Assembly (NCBI GenBank): GCA_964016885.1 | Contig: OZ024765.1 | Coordinates: 19,406,001 to 19,470,000 of the forward strand | Origin: Eledone cirrhosa | Lineage: Eukaryota | Length of the DNA stretch: 64,000 bases | Reading direction: 5' to 3' | In this document: piece after piece, positions 40,139 through 51,196 of the stretch | Position numbering within the stretch: position 1 is the stretch's first letter | Layout: the number at the start of each line of letters is the position of its first letter | Made by a program: the position numbers and the translations under genes | Notes under the pieces: generated by a model | The model's input: only the letters and a program-made list of their open reading frames with translations | What the model was told of the DNA's origin: nothing | Database searches by the model: none

Positions 40139-40692
40139 TATACTTTGGGAGGGTCATGTTGCCAATAAGAAACACACGCACCAGTTGCTTTCACTTCAAT
40201 TTATTATAATAAATTTATAAATTTAGGAATTTATAAATTTCCGGTTGGTTGGTTGGTTCCACAACCAGATGGTTGTTTATATATTGTCAAAGTTCTTTCG
40301 TCACACATTCTGTGACCTCTTCAATGACTGGGGGTTCTTTTCTTTGTTTTTTGTGCCTCTCCTTTGTTCTGTTCTACGCCATCTTGTTTTTGTGTGTGTG
40401 TTGTGGCACACAACACACAGAAACGATATAAATGTGTGGCACACAACACACACACAAAAACAAGATGGCATAGGACAGAACAAAGGAGAGGCACAAAAAA
40501 CAAAGAAAAGAACCCCCAGTCATTGAAGAGGTCACAGAATGTGTGACGAAAGAACTTTGACAATATATAAACAACCATCTGGTTGTGGAACCAACCAACC
40601 AACCGGAAATTTATAAATTTATTATAATAAATTGAAGTGAAAGCAACTGGTGCGTGTGTTTCTTATTGGCAACATGACCCTCCCAAAGTATA
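40139..40692. repeat. Fold-back inverted repeat, ~270-bp arms
   Basis: tatactttgggagggtcatg...ggttccacaacc...tgtgtgttg is mirrored to ...catgaccctcccaaagtata; the ORF track shows mirror ORFs 40245+ and 40321-. Confidence 0.92.
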
Positions 40693-40696
40693 TATA

Positions 40697-40749
<53 letters not shown>

Positions 40750-40754
<5 letters not shown>

Positions 40755-41610
40755 CATCATCATCATTTAATGTCTATCTTCCACGCTAGCATCGGTGAGA
40801 CGGGAATTGTCCCACTTGAGGCAAGATTGGTCGGGTGACCGTGTCTCACTCGTATAGGACTGTCTGGCAAGTTTTCTACAGCTGGATTCCCTTCCTAACA
40901 CCAACCACATTTACAGTGTGGACTGGGAAGTTTTTTACCGTGTTACCTACATGACCACATTACAGTGTGGACTGTGTGTTTTTTGTTGTGACACCTACAC
41001 AACCTCTTTAGTTTCGACTGGATGTTGTGGTACTAACATAACTTTATAGACAAAGGGTGGTGTTGGTGGAAGTGGAAGGGTGGAGTAGGGGTAGTGGGTT
41101 TGGATGTATGTTTGGTTAGGAGGGGCCTACTGACTGTAGGTTAACTTTGCACGTAGGGAAGACGCGTCTTCTGTATTACTGCGTGGCACCAGAGATCTCA
41201 GTCCAGTGACATTGTCTTATAAAGGTGTAAGTGTGCAAGGTTGGATTTTATCAAGTCGTCCCAGGTTTTTCTGAGTCTACCAACTCTGTAGCTTCCATCA
41301 ATTTAGATCACCCTGCACTTTTTTTATCCAGCTGTCGTCTTTCATGAGCATCACGTGACCATACCAACGTAATCTTCTCTTAAGTAAACAGCATCTGATC
41401 CCTCTTATTCCTAATTTCTCACTTAATTCGTTTATGTTTTGCCGTTTGTGTATATTACCATTACACATCCAACGGAGCATGCATGCTTTGGTCCTTTCCA
41501 GTCTGTGCAGGTCCTCTGCACACAATGCCCAAGTCTTACTACCATGTAACATTGCTGTTCATATACAAGCATCATACAATCTGCCTTTCATTTTTAGAGA
41601 GAAACCTTTT
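40750..41610 (-). mobile_element. RTE LINE 3' fragment with 3'UTR and (ATG)n tail
   Basis: MLHGSKTWAL...RRLRWYGHVM. Confidence 0.85.
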
Positions 41611-42058
41611 GAGGTTGTGGTAGACAACTGGGAAGTTATATTGGTAGTAATACAGCACCCAGTCCAAAGGCCAAGTTTGTTAGAAGTCAGTTCCACAACA
41701 GTTAATAAACCATTTTCGAGGACATGCATTTCACCTTGTGGATTATCAACTCAAAAGAATGGCTTATAGCTGGAAAACGGAAGTCTATATGAAGAACGTA
41801 GGTCATGCACAAGTTCATTGACAAGGGGGATAACTCAAGTTAGACTGATGAAAAGGAACAATTGAGATCGTTCTGGATTAAAATAGGTTGGGTCCTTAGC
41901 GGATGAAATCAGTCTGCGTCATTGTAGTTATATAATAAGTACTTGACTGCGTGGGGACATCGCTTATAGAAATCAGATTTTGTATTTAGACAGGTACTGT
42001 TACATAACTCTGCAAGATACTTATTCATTCCTCGATGCACACCCCACAAGAAAATTCC
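41611..42058 (-). mobile_element. Inverted 3' end of a Penelope-like element (C-terminus plus pLTR)
   Basis: Minus strand encodes SCGVCIEE*ISIL and, after a frameshift, CLNTKSDFYKRCPHAVKYLL* (cf. PLE C-terminal CxLCxxEK...LNKRSELISKCRH). A hammerhead remnant follows. Confidence 0.65.
41713..41756 (-). ncRNA. Degenerate hammerhead in the PLE pLTR
   Basis: UUUUGAG-UUGAUAA-UCC/ACAA/GGU-GAAA-UGCAU-GUC^CUCGAAA: 7-bp helix I, palindromic helix III, two transitions in the core. Confidence 0.55.
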
Positions 42059-42444
42059 CATTTCTGTATGGCTTAGATTTGATCAGAACTTTCCATTGAA
42101 TGGAAAACAAACTTAGCAGAGACATTAAACAATGTAAGTCTTCCACTAATACTTTTGTCCTATCTGATAAAACTAATAACATCTCCGAAGTTGACAATAC
42201 TACTTACAAAAACTTGGCACATAATGCTATAACATTGAAGTATAAGAAAGCAGACTCCACAGCCTACATTAACATCGATAGCGAAGCCAAGAACCTAGCC
42301 TCCACCCTTAACCCTTTAGTATTTAGATTACTCTATATACTATTGTATTTTCACAGTAAAGTCTTTACCTCACATAATTATCTCACATAACATTTACTTT
42401 ACTCTATATATAGAGCTTCGTTCCTCTCTATATATAGAGAGGAA

Positions 42445-43288
42445 CGAAGCTTGCATGCTCCGCTGGATGTGCAATAGTAATATACGTGAACGGCAAAGCA
42501 TAAACGAACTAAGGAAAAAATTAGAAATAAGAGGGATCAGATGTTGTTTACTCGAGAGAAGGCTACGTTGGTACGGTCACGTGATGCGCATGAAAGACGA
42601 CAGCTGTATAACAAAGTGCAGGGCAATAAAGATAGACGGTAGCCACGGAGTAGGCAGACCCAGAAAAACATGGGACGAGCTGATAAATTCCGACCTCACA
42701 CGCTTACACCTCTCCAAGACAATGTCACTGGACCGAGACCTTTGGCGGTACTCAGTAATAGAGAAGACCCGCCTTACCTAAATACAAAGTAAAAACCTAC
42801 TACAGTCAGTAGGCATCTCTATCAAAACACCCCCCCCGTCCCACCACCTCCACCCCATCCACACCGCCCCTTTCAATGTACAGTTATGTTGGTCCCACAA
42901 CATCCAGGCCGAAACAAATGAGATCGTGTAGGTGTCACGACAAAAAAACACACAGTCCACGCTGTAAATGTGGCCGTGTAGGCAACACGGTAAAAACCTC
43001 CCAGCCCCACACTGTAAATGTGGTTGGTGTTAGGAAGGGCATCCAGCTGTAGAAAACCCGCCAGACAGTCCACGCTGTAATGTGGCCATGTAGGCAACAC
43101 GGTAAAAACCTCCCAGCCCCACACTGTAAATGTGGTTGGTGTTAGGAAGGGCATCCAACTGTAGAAAACCCGCCAGACAGTCCTATGCGAGCAAGACAAC
43201 CACTCTTGCCTCAAGTGGGAAAACCCCCGTCCAAACCCATGCAAGCGTGGAACACGGACGCTAAACCTGATGATGATGATGATGATGA
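42445..43288 (+). mobile_element. 5'-truncated RTE LINE nested in the MITE
   Basis: MLRWMC...RRLRWYGHVMRM...GRPRKTW, 3'UTR and (TGA)n tail. Confidence 0.85.
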
Positions 43289-44920
43289 TACTATTGTATT
43301 TTCACAGTAAAGTCTTTACCTCACATAATATCTCACATAACATTTACATTACTCTATATATACTATTGTATTTTCACAGTAAAGTCTTTACCTCACATAA
43401 TATCTCACATAACATTTACATTACTCTATATATACTATTGTATTTTCACAGTAAAGGCTTTACCTCACATAATATCTCACATAACATTTACATTACTCTA
43501 TATATACTATTGTATTTTCACAGTAAAGTCTTTACCTCACATAATATCTCACATAACATTTACATTACTCTATATATACTATTGTATTTTCACAGTAAAG
43601 GCTTTACCTCACATAATATCTCACATAACATTTACATTACTCTATATATACTCTTGTATTATCACAGTAAAGGCTTTACCTCACATAATATCTCACATAA
43701 CATTTACATTACTCTATATATACTATTGTATTTTCACAGTAAAGTCTTTACCTCACATAATATCTCACATAACATTTACATTACTCTATATATACTATTG
43801 TATTTTCACAGTAAAGGCTTTACCTCACATAATATCTCACATAATATTTACATTACTCTATATATACTATTGTATTTTCACAGTAAAGGCTTTACCTCAC
43901 ATAATATCTCACATAACATTTACATTACTCTATATATACTATTGTATTTTCACAGTAAAGGCTTTACCTCACATAATATCTCACATAACATTTACATTAC
44001 TCTATATATACTATTGTATTTTCACAGTAAAGGCTTTACCTCACATAATATCTCACATAACATTTACATTACTCTATATATACTATTGTATTTTCACAGT
44101 AAAGGCTTTACCTCACATAATATCTCACATAACATTTACATTACTCTATATTTACTATTGTATTTTCACAGTAAAGGCTTTACCTCACATAATATCTCAC
44201 ATAACATTTACATTACTCTATATATACTATTGTATTTTCACAGTAAAGGCTTTACCTCACATAATATCTCACATAACATTTACATTACTCTATATATACT
44301 ATTGTATTTTCACAGTAAAGGCTTCACCTCACATAATATCTCACATAACATTTACATTACTCTATATATACTCTTGTATTATCACAGTAAAGGCTTTACC
44401 TCACATAATATCTCACATAACATTTACATTACTCTATATATACTATTGTATTTTCACAGTAAAGTCTTTACCTCACATAATATCTCACATAACATTTACA
44501 TTACTCTATATATACTATTGTATTTTCACAGTAAAGGCTTTACCTCACATAATATCTCACATAACATTTACATTACTCTATATATACTATTGTATTTTCA
44601 CAGTAAAGGCTTTACCTCACATAATATCTCACATAACATTTACATTACTCTATATATATACTATTGTATTTTCACAGTACAAATTTATCTCACATAATAT
44701 CTCACATAACATTTACATTACTCTATATATACTATTGTATTTTCACAGTAAAGTCTTTACCTCACATAATATCTCACATAACATTTACATTACTCTATAT
44801 ATACTATTGTATTTTCACAGTACAAATTTACCTCACATAATATCTCACATAACATTTACATTACTCTATATATACTATTGTATTTTCACAGTAAAGGCTT
44901 TACCTCACATAATTATTTCA
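43289..44920. repeat. 72-bp minisatellite, about 22 copies, derived from the MITE interior
   Basis: 24-aa periodic ORF; the unit matches MITE sequence tatatactattatattttaatggtaaaggctttacctcacataat at about 25010-25070. Confidence 0.92.
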
Positions 44921-45824
44921 CACAATATTGAAGCAATGAGATTTTAATATTATTTATTTTGAGAAGAATACCTTAACGTCAGTATGAGGGGGCAGTTATG
45001 GCCGGTTTGAACTGAAAGAGATGAGAGAATTATGACCGACTATGCCCGGTTTAAATGCTAAAGGTTTAAGGTAAATAAGAAACTACAATGCTTAGCTAAG
45101 TATGAGGCCTTTCTTACTCATAAGGATCATAAGGCCGATTTCGCTTCTAAGCCTACTTCTAGATTGCTGAACCCAGCATGTACAGAGATGAGGCTAGTCA
45201 GCAAATCTATCCTTAGAGGTATAGTTAAGACTATTAGGATGAAATCCAACCTGTCCCTGTGGGAGAACAGTGCCTCTGTTATTAAGTTGTTCAATTCTTT
45301 CTGTACCAAAATTAAAAATTCACTCAGTTCGATATATTGGACTTTTACCCATCGATCTCAGTGACACTGTTGGATAAAGCATTTGAATCAATAAGAAATC
45401 TTGCAAAACAAATTCAAAACCGAAATATATATATATATATATGTGTGTATATATATATAGAGAGAAAGAGAGAAAGAGGAAAAAGTATGACCCCGATGGA
45501 AGAGCTCAAGCCGTTTCGACGGCTATTTCTGAACTAGTCCATACTTTTTCCTATTACCCACTCTACTACCCTAAGTATTGAGTACTCTGGTGCGTTTTGG
45601 TCCATCTGGCTCCTTACCACAACCCCTTCGTTTTATATATATATATATGTAGAGGTTATATTTAATTTGTTGGGATACAACAAGCTAAATATTTTTATAA
45701 CTGATATAAAACACTCAACAAATTATTGGAGTAAATATACAATATATTAACAAATGGAGATTCCAATCAGAATGGTTGCATTTTTTAAGGGTATGTCAAT
45801 ATTTATTTATAAAACTAACCTATA

Positions 45825-45893
45825 TTATATTTTATCTGATGAAAGAGCACCATAGTTTGCTCTGGTGGCCCTTGAAATATGTATAATGAAATA
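45825..45893 (+). ncRNA. Minimal hammerhead, family H2
   Basis: UAUUUUAU-CUGAUGA-AAGAGCACCA...UGGUGGCCCUU-GAAA-UAUGUAUA^AUGAAAUA. Confidence 0.68.
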
Positions 45894-45940
45894 AATATGG
45901 TTTTATAAATATAGTTTCCATTTTGTTAATATATTGTATA

Positions 45941-48047
45941 TCATCATCACCGTTTTACGTCCGTTCTTCCACGCTAGCATGGGTTAGACGGGTTGTCCTG
46001 TTGTGGGCAGTGTCTGGTCGGCTGACCATGCCTTGCTCATACAGGAACTGATCTGGCTTGATTTCTACAGCTGGATGCCCTTCCTAACACCAACCTCATT
46101 TACAGTGAGTGCTGGGTGCTTTTTCGTGGCGCCTACACGTCCACTTTACAGTGTGGGCTGGGTGCTTTTTTGCCGTGGCACCTCCACGACCACCTTGCGG
46201 TGGGGGGGGGGGGGCATATTGTTTATATGCTTCAGCATGTACCCATGGGAGGTCGGGTACCCTGTATTACTGCGTGACGCCAGAAGTCACGGTCGTGTGT
46301 CATTGACTTTGAGAGGTGTAGTTGGGTAAGGTCGGCTTTTATCACCTCATCCCAAGTCATCTTGGGTCTCCCCACTCCGCGGTTTCCATCAACTTCTAGT
46401 GCTCTGCACCTTTTTATGCAGCTGTCATCCTTCATACGCATCACATGTCCATACCAGCGTAACCGCCTCTCCTGCACGCAGCATTTGATTCCTCTTATGC
46501 TCAGTCTCTCTCTCAATTCCTTTATGCTTTGTCGTTCACGTATATTACTGTTACACATCCATCGGAGCATGCAGGCTTCGTTTCTCTCTAATCTACGTAA
46601 GTCTTCCACCTTCAGCGCCCAGGTCTCACTACCATGCAACATCGCTGTTCGGATACATGCATCATACAGTCTGCCTTTCATTCTGAGGGAGAAGCCTTTT
46701 GCAGCTAGCAGTGGTAGTAGTTCCCTAAACTTCTTCCATCCCGTTCTTACCCTAGTTATTGTACTTTCTGAGCACCCACCTCCGTTGCTAATTCGGTCAC
46801 CTAGGTAGCAGAAGCTGTCTACTGTTTCTACAGGGCCCTCCCAGAGATTGGTGGTACTTGTTTCCTGTGGCTGTTTGCTTGCTGTTTCAGCACAGCTGCT
46901 GCATGTGAATCCTACATTCTTAATTAAGCTTCCTGAGATCCCGCTACATCTCTTGTGTACCCATTGTTTGCATTTGGGGCAGAGAATGGAGTTCCTACCT
47001 ACACCTTTCCTACATACTGAGCAAGGCCATTTCCCTGAGGGGATCTGGGTTCTGTTTTCTCGTCTACTTATAAGGACCTTAGTCTTTGTCATGTTGACTT
47101 TGAGGCCCTTTCTCTCTAGTCCCTGCTTCCAGGTTTGGAATTTATTCTCTAGTTCTACCATAGATTCAGCTATGAGTGCGAGGTCATCAGCATACAGGAG
47201 TTCCCATGGGCATCCGGTCTTAAACTCCTCCGTTATTGCCTGCAGGACTATGATGAACAGGAGAGGGCTAAGAACAGAGCCCTGGTGGACCCCAACCTGT
47301 ACGCTAAATTCCTCGCTATACTCATTGCCAATCCTAACTTTGCTGACTGCTCCCCTATACATGGCTTGTACCGCTTTCACAAGCCATTCATCTACTCCTA
47401 GTTTTCTAAGAGCCCACCAGATTACTGCACGTGGAACTCTGTCAAAGGCTTTCTCAAGGTCGACAAATGCCAAGTAGAGTGGCTTACTTTTAGCTAGGTA
47501 CTTTTCCTGTAATTGCCTCACAAGGAAGAGGGCATCAGTGGTGCCTTTCCCTGGTACAAACCCAAATTGCATCTCGTCTATATTCACCCGGTCCCTAATC
47601 AGCTGTGCTATAACTCTTTCTGTTACTTTCATGACCTGGTCCATCAACTTTATACCTCTATAGTTTCCTCTATCTAGTGCATCGCCTTTACCTTTGTAGC
47701 AGTTGACAATGATGCTACTGCACCAATCTTTTGGTATGGCCCCCTCTAGTATTACCTGGTTATAGTGTGGTTATAGTGTGACCTACAGACCCAGATGCCT
47801 TCAGCATCTCGGCAGCTATACCCGATGGACCGGTTGCCTTCCCTATCTTCATATCTCTGATTGCCTTACTTACTACGCTGCCGCTGACTTGTACTGCTGG
47901 TCCCTCTATAGGGTCTACGTGGGGTAGGGTCTCTTCTTCCCATGCATTCTCCTCATTTAGTAATCTATCATAATGACTCTTCCATGCATTTTTCTTCTCA
48001 GCACTTGTGAGGGCAAGCTCACCTTTATCATTCCGGATACACTTCTC
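45941..48047 (-). mobile_element. Young 5'-truncated RTE LINE with an open RT ORF (46232-47647, homology extending to about 48045)
   Basis: NYRGIKL, QFGF, FVDLEKAFDRVPR, GVHQGSVLSPLLF, LLYADD, YLG and WYGHV motifs; Cys-rich insert; (ATG)n tail. Confidence 0.95.
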
Positions 48048-48074
48048 GTATATATATATATATTTATATATATC

Positions 48075-48480
48075 TAAGGTGGGTAAAATTCCCGAGATCC
48101 ATGGACGAGTTCTCTCCAGCGGTCTCTGTCCCTCATTATCGCTGCCATGTCCCGCGTCTCCAACAGACCAGTGTCTGTCCTTAGGGCATCAACATACATT
48201 AACTTTTGGTCTCCCTCTTCCAGTGTGTCCATGTAGGGGCTCCCACAGGAGCACTGAGTGCAGTGTCAACTCTGGATGTCGGTGAGCATGTCCAGCTAAC
48301 CTCAGTCTCCTCTGTGTCACTTTTGAGCTGACTTTTGGGAGGCTCCCATGCAGCTCTGAGTTTTTCATCCTCAGTGTATACTGATTAATGTTCAGAGCCA
48401 TCCTCAGCATTCTCGTGTAGCACCCATCCACCATCTGAGTGAGTTTCTTGGTCAGTGTCCAAGTCTCAGACTCCACTACA
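48075..48480 (-). mobile_element. Second RTE-like LINE family 3' fragment; a shorter copy lies at 34860-35030
   Basis: ESETWTLT...DGCYTRMLRMALNI...RRLRLAGH..RHPE...LWEP.HG..GRGRP. Confidence 0.8.
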
Positions 48481-48645
48481 GCACAGACTCCACTACACCA
48501 CAGACTCCACTACAGCAATGAAGAGGCGGATTTTCAGGTCTTTATTTATATATATTTATTTATATATATTTATATATATTTATTTATATATATTTATATA
48601 TATTTATTTATTTATTTAATTACATAATAAACCACACAATATAAT

Positions 48646-48719
48646 TATTCCATTACTAAAGGTTTCAGGAAACTAGACGATCCTTACAGAAACGTCCAGC
48701 CCATTCATCAGATGAAATA
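48646..48719 (-). ncRNA. Minimal hammerhead, H1-related, with a long helix II
   Basis: UAUUUCAU-CUGAUGA-AUGGGCUGGACG...CGUCUAGUUUCCU-GAAA-CCUUUA-GUA^AUGGAAUA with an 8-bp helix I. Confidence 0.75.
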
Positions 48720-49907
48720 GTTATGTTTTGGATATAAGATTTGAAATTAATATCTATTAAAAATGAAAGTGAGGCTGAGTTAAAATAACATCTTATAACG
48801 GAAAAAATATATATACATGTACACACGCATTTAATATACATACATGCACACACATAAAAATACGTAGAGCACTCGTCTTTCCTTTACCTCTTCTACGGAA
48901 ATATTCACATACACTCACACACATATATATATATATGTACATATATTTATATACATATATTTATATACAGAAGTGCCAGGAATTGTCAGTTGAAGGAAGA
49001 CGTGGTAGAGGTAGACCACGAAAAACATGGGCGGAGGTGGTGAGAACAGACCTCAGATCATTGAAGCTCACGGTGGAGATGACGAGGGACCGTGACGAGT
49101 GGAGAGATGCTGTGCTGAATAAGACCCGTCCCACCCTTGCAAGCAGGGAAAAGCGGTCGTAAAATGATGATGATGATGATGATGATGATATTTGTATGTG
49201 TGTGCATATGTGTCTATGTATGGGAAAAGTAAATGGAAAACAACAAAGCAAACAATACAGTACTTTTATGAAGATATATATATATATTAGTGACAAGTGT
49301 AAAAACAGTCTTAATGATATATATATATCATTAAAGTGGACACACTGCATTGGCCTTGCAATCGAAGGGTTGTGAGTTCAATTCTCAGACCGGGTGATGT
49401 GTTGATTCCTTGAGCAAGACACTTTATTTCACATTGCTCCAGTTTACTCAGCTGTAGAAATGAGATGATAGGGACTGGGGTCCCTATCATTCCACTGCAA
49501 AGTGGTCGTGGAGGTGCCATGGCAAAAAAGCACCCAGCACTCACTGTAAATGAGGTTGGTGTTAGGAAGGGCATCCAGCTGTAGAAATCAAGCCAGAATC
49601 AGTTCCCGTCCCACCCTTGCAAGCAGGGAAAAGCGGACGTAAAATGAAATGATGATGATGATGATGATGACTGTAAAGTGGACATGTAGGCGCCACGGAA
49701 AAAAGCACCCAGCACTCACTGTAAATCAGGTTGGTGTTAGGAAGGGCATCCAGCTGTAGAAATCAAGCCAAATCCAGTTCCTGTATGAGCAAAACAAGGT
49801 CAGCCAACCGGACACTGCCCACAACAGGACAACCCATCTAACCCATGCTAGCATGGAATAACGGACGTAAAACGGTGATGATGATGATGATGATATATAT
49901 ATATAGA

Positions 49908-50275
49908 CTAAGGAAATACAAAGTAGTTTAGATGTTAAAGTCCTTCATTGATAAAGTCCTTCATTGATAAGGCTGTGATATATATTTTGATGACGACAGT
50001 GGCCACGCGATTCCGCGTAGTACCCAGTGCCATCATCTCATTCCGGGCATTTGCTTCATGAACATCGTGTTTGTCCGCTCCTTTGGCACTTCAATTTTGG
50101 ATTACCTCCTGATTGTAACCTTATTATGTAAGAAGCTGTCTGATGAGATCATGACACTGGGTACTATGCCGAATCGTGTGGCCAATGTCGTCATCAAAAT
50201 ATATATCAGAGCCTTATCAATGAAGGACTTTATCAATGAAGGACTTTAACATCTGAAAGTACTTTGTATTTCCTT
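49908..50275. repeat. Diverged inverted repeat, ~130-bp arms, ~95-nt spacer
   Basis: taaggaaatacaaagta...gtacccagtg...atctcat is mirrored by atgagat...cactgggtac...tactttgtatttcctta. Confidence 0.85.
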
Positions 50276-51196
50276 ATTCTAAAAATAGTTTGTCATTTTT
50301 ATGTGGAAAATGTACATTGAGTTCTCAAATTGAATTACATCAAGTTTACTGTATATATATATGGAGGCACATTGGCTTAGTGGTTAGAGCATTGGCCTTG
50401 CAATCGAAAGGTTGTGAGTTCAATTCTCAGACCAGGTGATGTGTTGTTTCCTTGAGCAAGGCACTTTATTTCACATTGCTCCAGTTTACTCAGCTGTAGA
50501 AATGAGATGATAGGGACTGGGGGTCCATATCATTCCACTGCAAAGTGGTCATGCAGGTGCCACGGCAAAAAAGCACCCAGCACTCACTGTAAATGAGGTT
50601 GGTGTTAGGAAGGGCATCCAGCTGTAGAAATCAAGCCAGAATCAGTTCCCGTCCCACCCTTGCAAGCAGGGAAAAAGCGGACATAAAATGATGATGATGA
50701 TGATGATGATGATATATATATATATATATAAACATGTGCGATATATATCATCATCATCATCATCACCGTTTTACGTCCGTTCTTCCACGCTAGCATGGGT
50801 TAGACGGGTTGTCCTGTTGTGGGCAGTGTCCGGTTGGCTGACCTTGTTTTGCTCATACGGGGACTGATTCTGGCTTGATTTCTACAGCTGGATGCTCTTC
50901 CTAACACCAACCTCATTTACAGTGAGTGCTGGGTGCTTTTTTGCCGTGGCACCTGCATGACCACTTTGCAGTGGAATGATATGGACCCCCAGTCCCTATC
51001 ATCTCATTTCTACAGCTGAGTAAACTGGAGCAATGTGAAATAAAGTGTCTTGCTCAAGGAAACAACACATCAGCCGGTCTGAGAATTGAACTCACAACCT
51101 TTCGATTGCAAGCCAAATGCTCTAACCACTAAGCCATGTGCCTAGTCTTCTCTTGAGTAAACAGCATCTGATCCCTCTTATTCCTAATTTCTCACA

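Larger units (their letters stand above)
42312..45065. mobile_element. piggyBac-type MITE (same family as 24987-25206) enlarged by a nested LINE and a minisatellite
   Basis: TTAA(42308-42311)|CCCTTTAGTATTT ... AAATGCTAAAGGT|TTAA(45066-45069). Confidence 0.85.
42060..45400 (+). pseudogene. Penelope-like (Naiad/Chlamys-type) reverse transcriptase fragment, interrupted by an insertion at 42312-45065
   Basis: SDKTNN..YKNL...ITLKYKKA...IDSEAKNLASTL|KVNKKLQCLAKYEAFLTHKDHKADFASKPTSRLLNPA...LW.N...VI, then after a frameshift QFDILDFYPSIS..LLDKA; these are PLE RT motifs. Confidence 0.8.

Noticed and set aside
42020-42035. In-frame TGA in the PLE C-terminus as a selenocysteine codon (some Naiads encode selenoproteins)
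   Set aside because: It aligns to a basic rather than a Cys position in a frameshifted, decayed copy; more likely a nonsense mutation.
50138-50190. CTGATGA...GAAT as a hammerhead; also weak candidates at 9481-9516, 10895-10945, 28260-28310, 30440-30480 and 40108-40135
   Set aside because: The core is incomplete or the helices could not be paired convincingly; at most decayed remnants.
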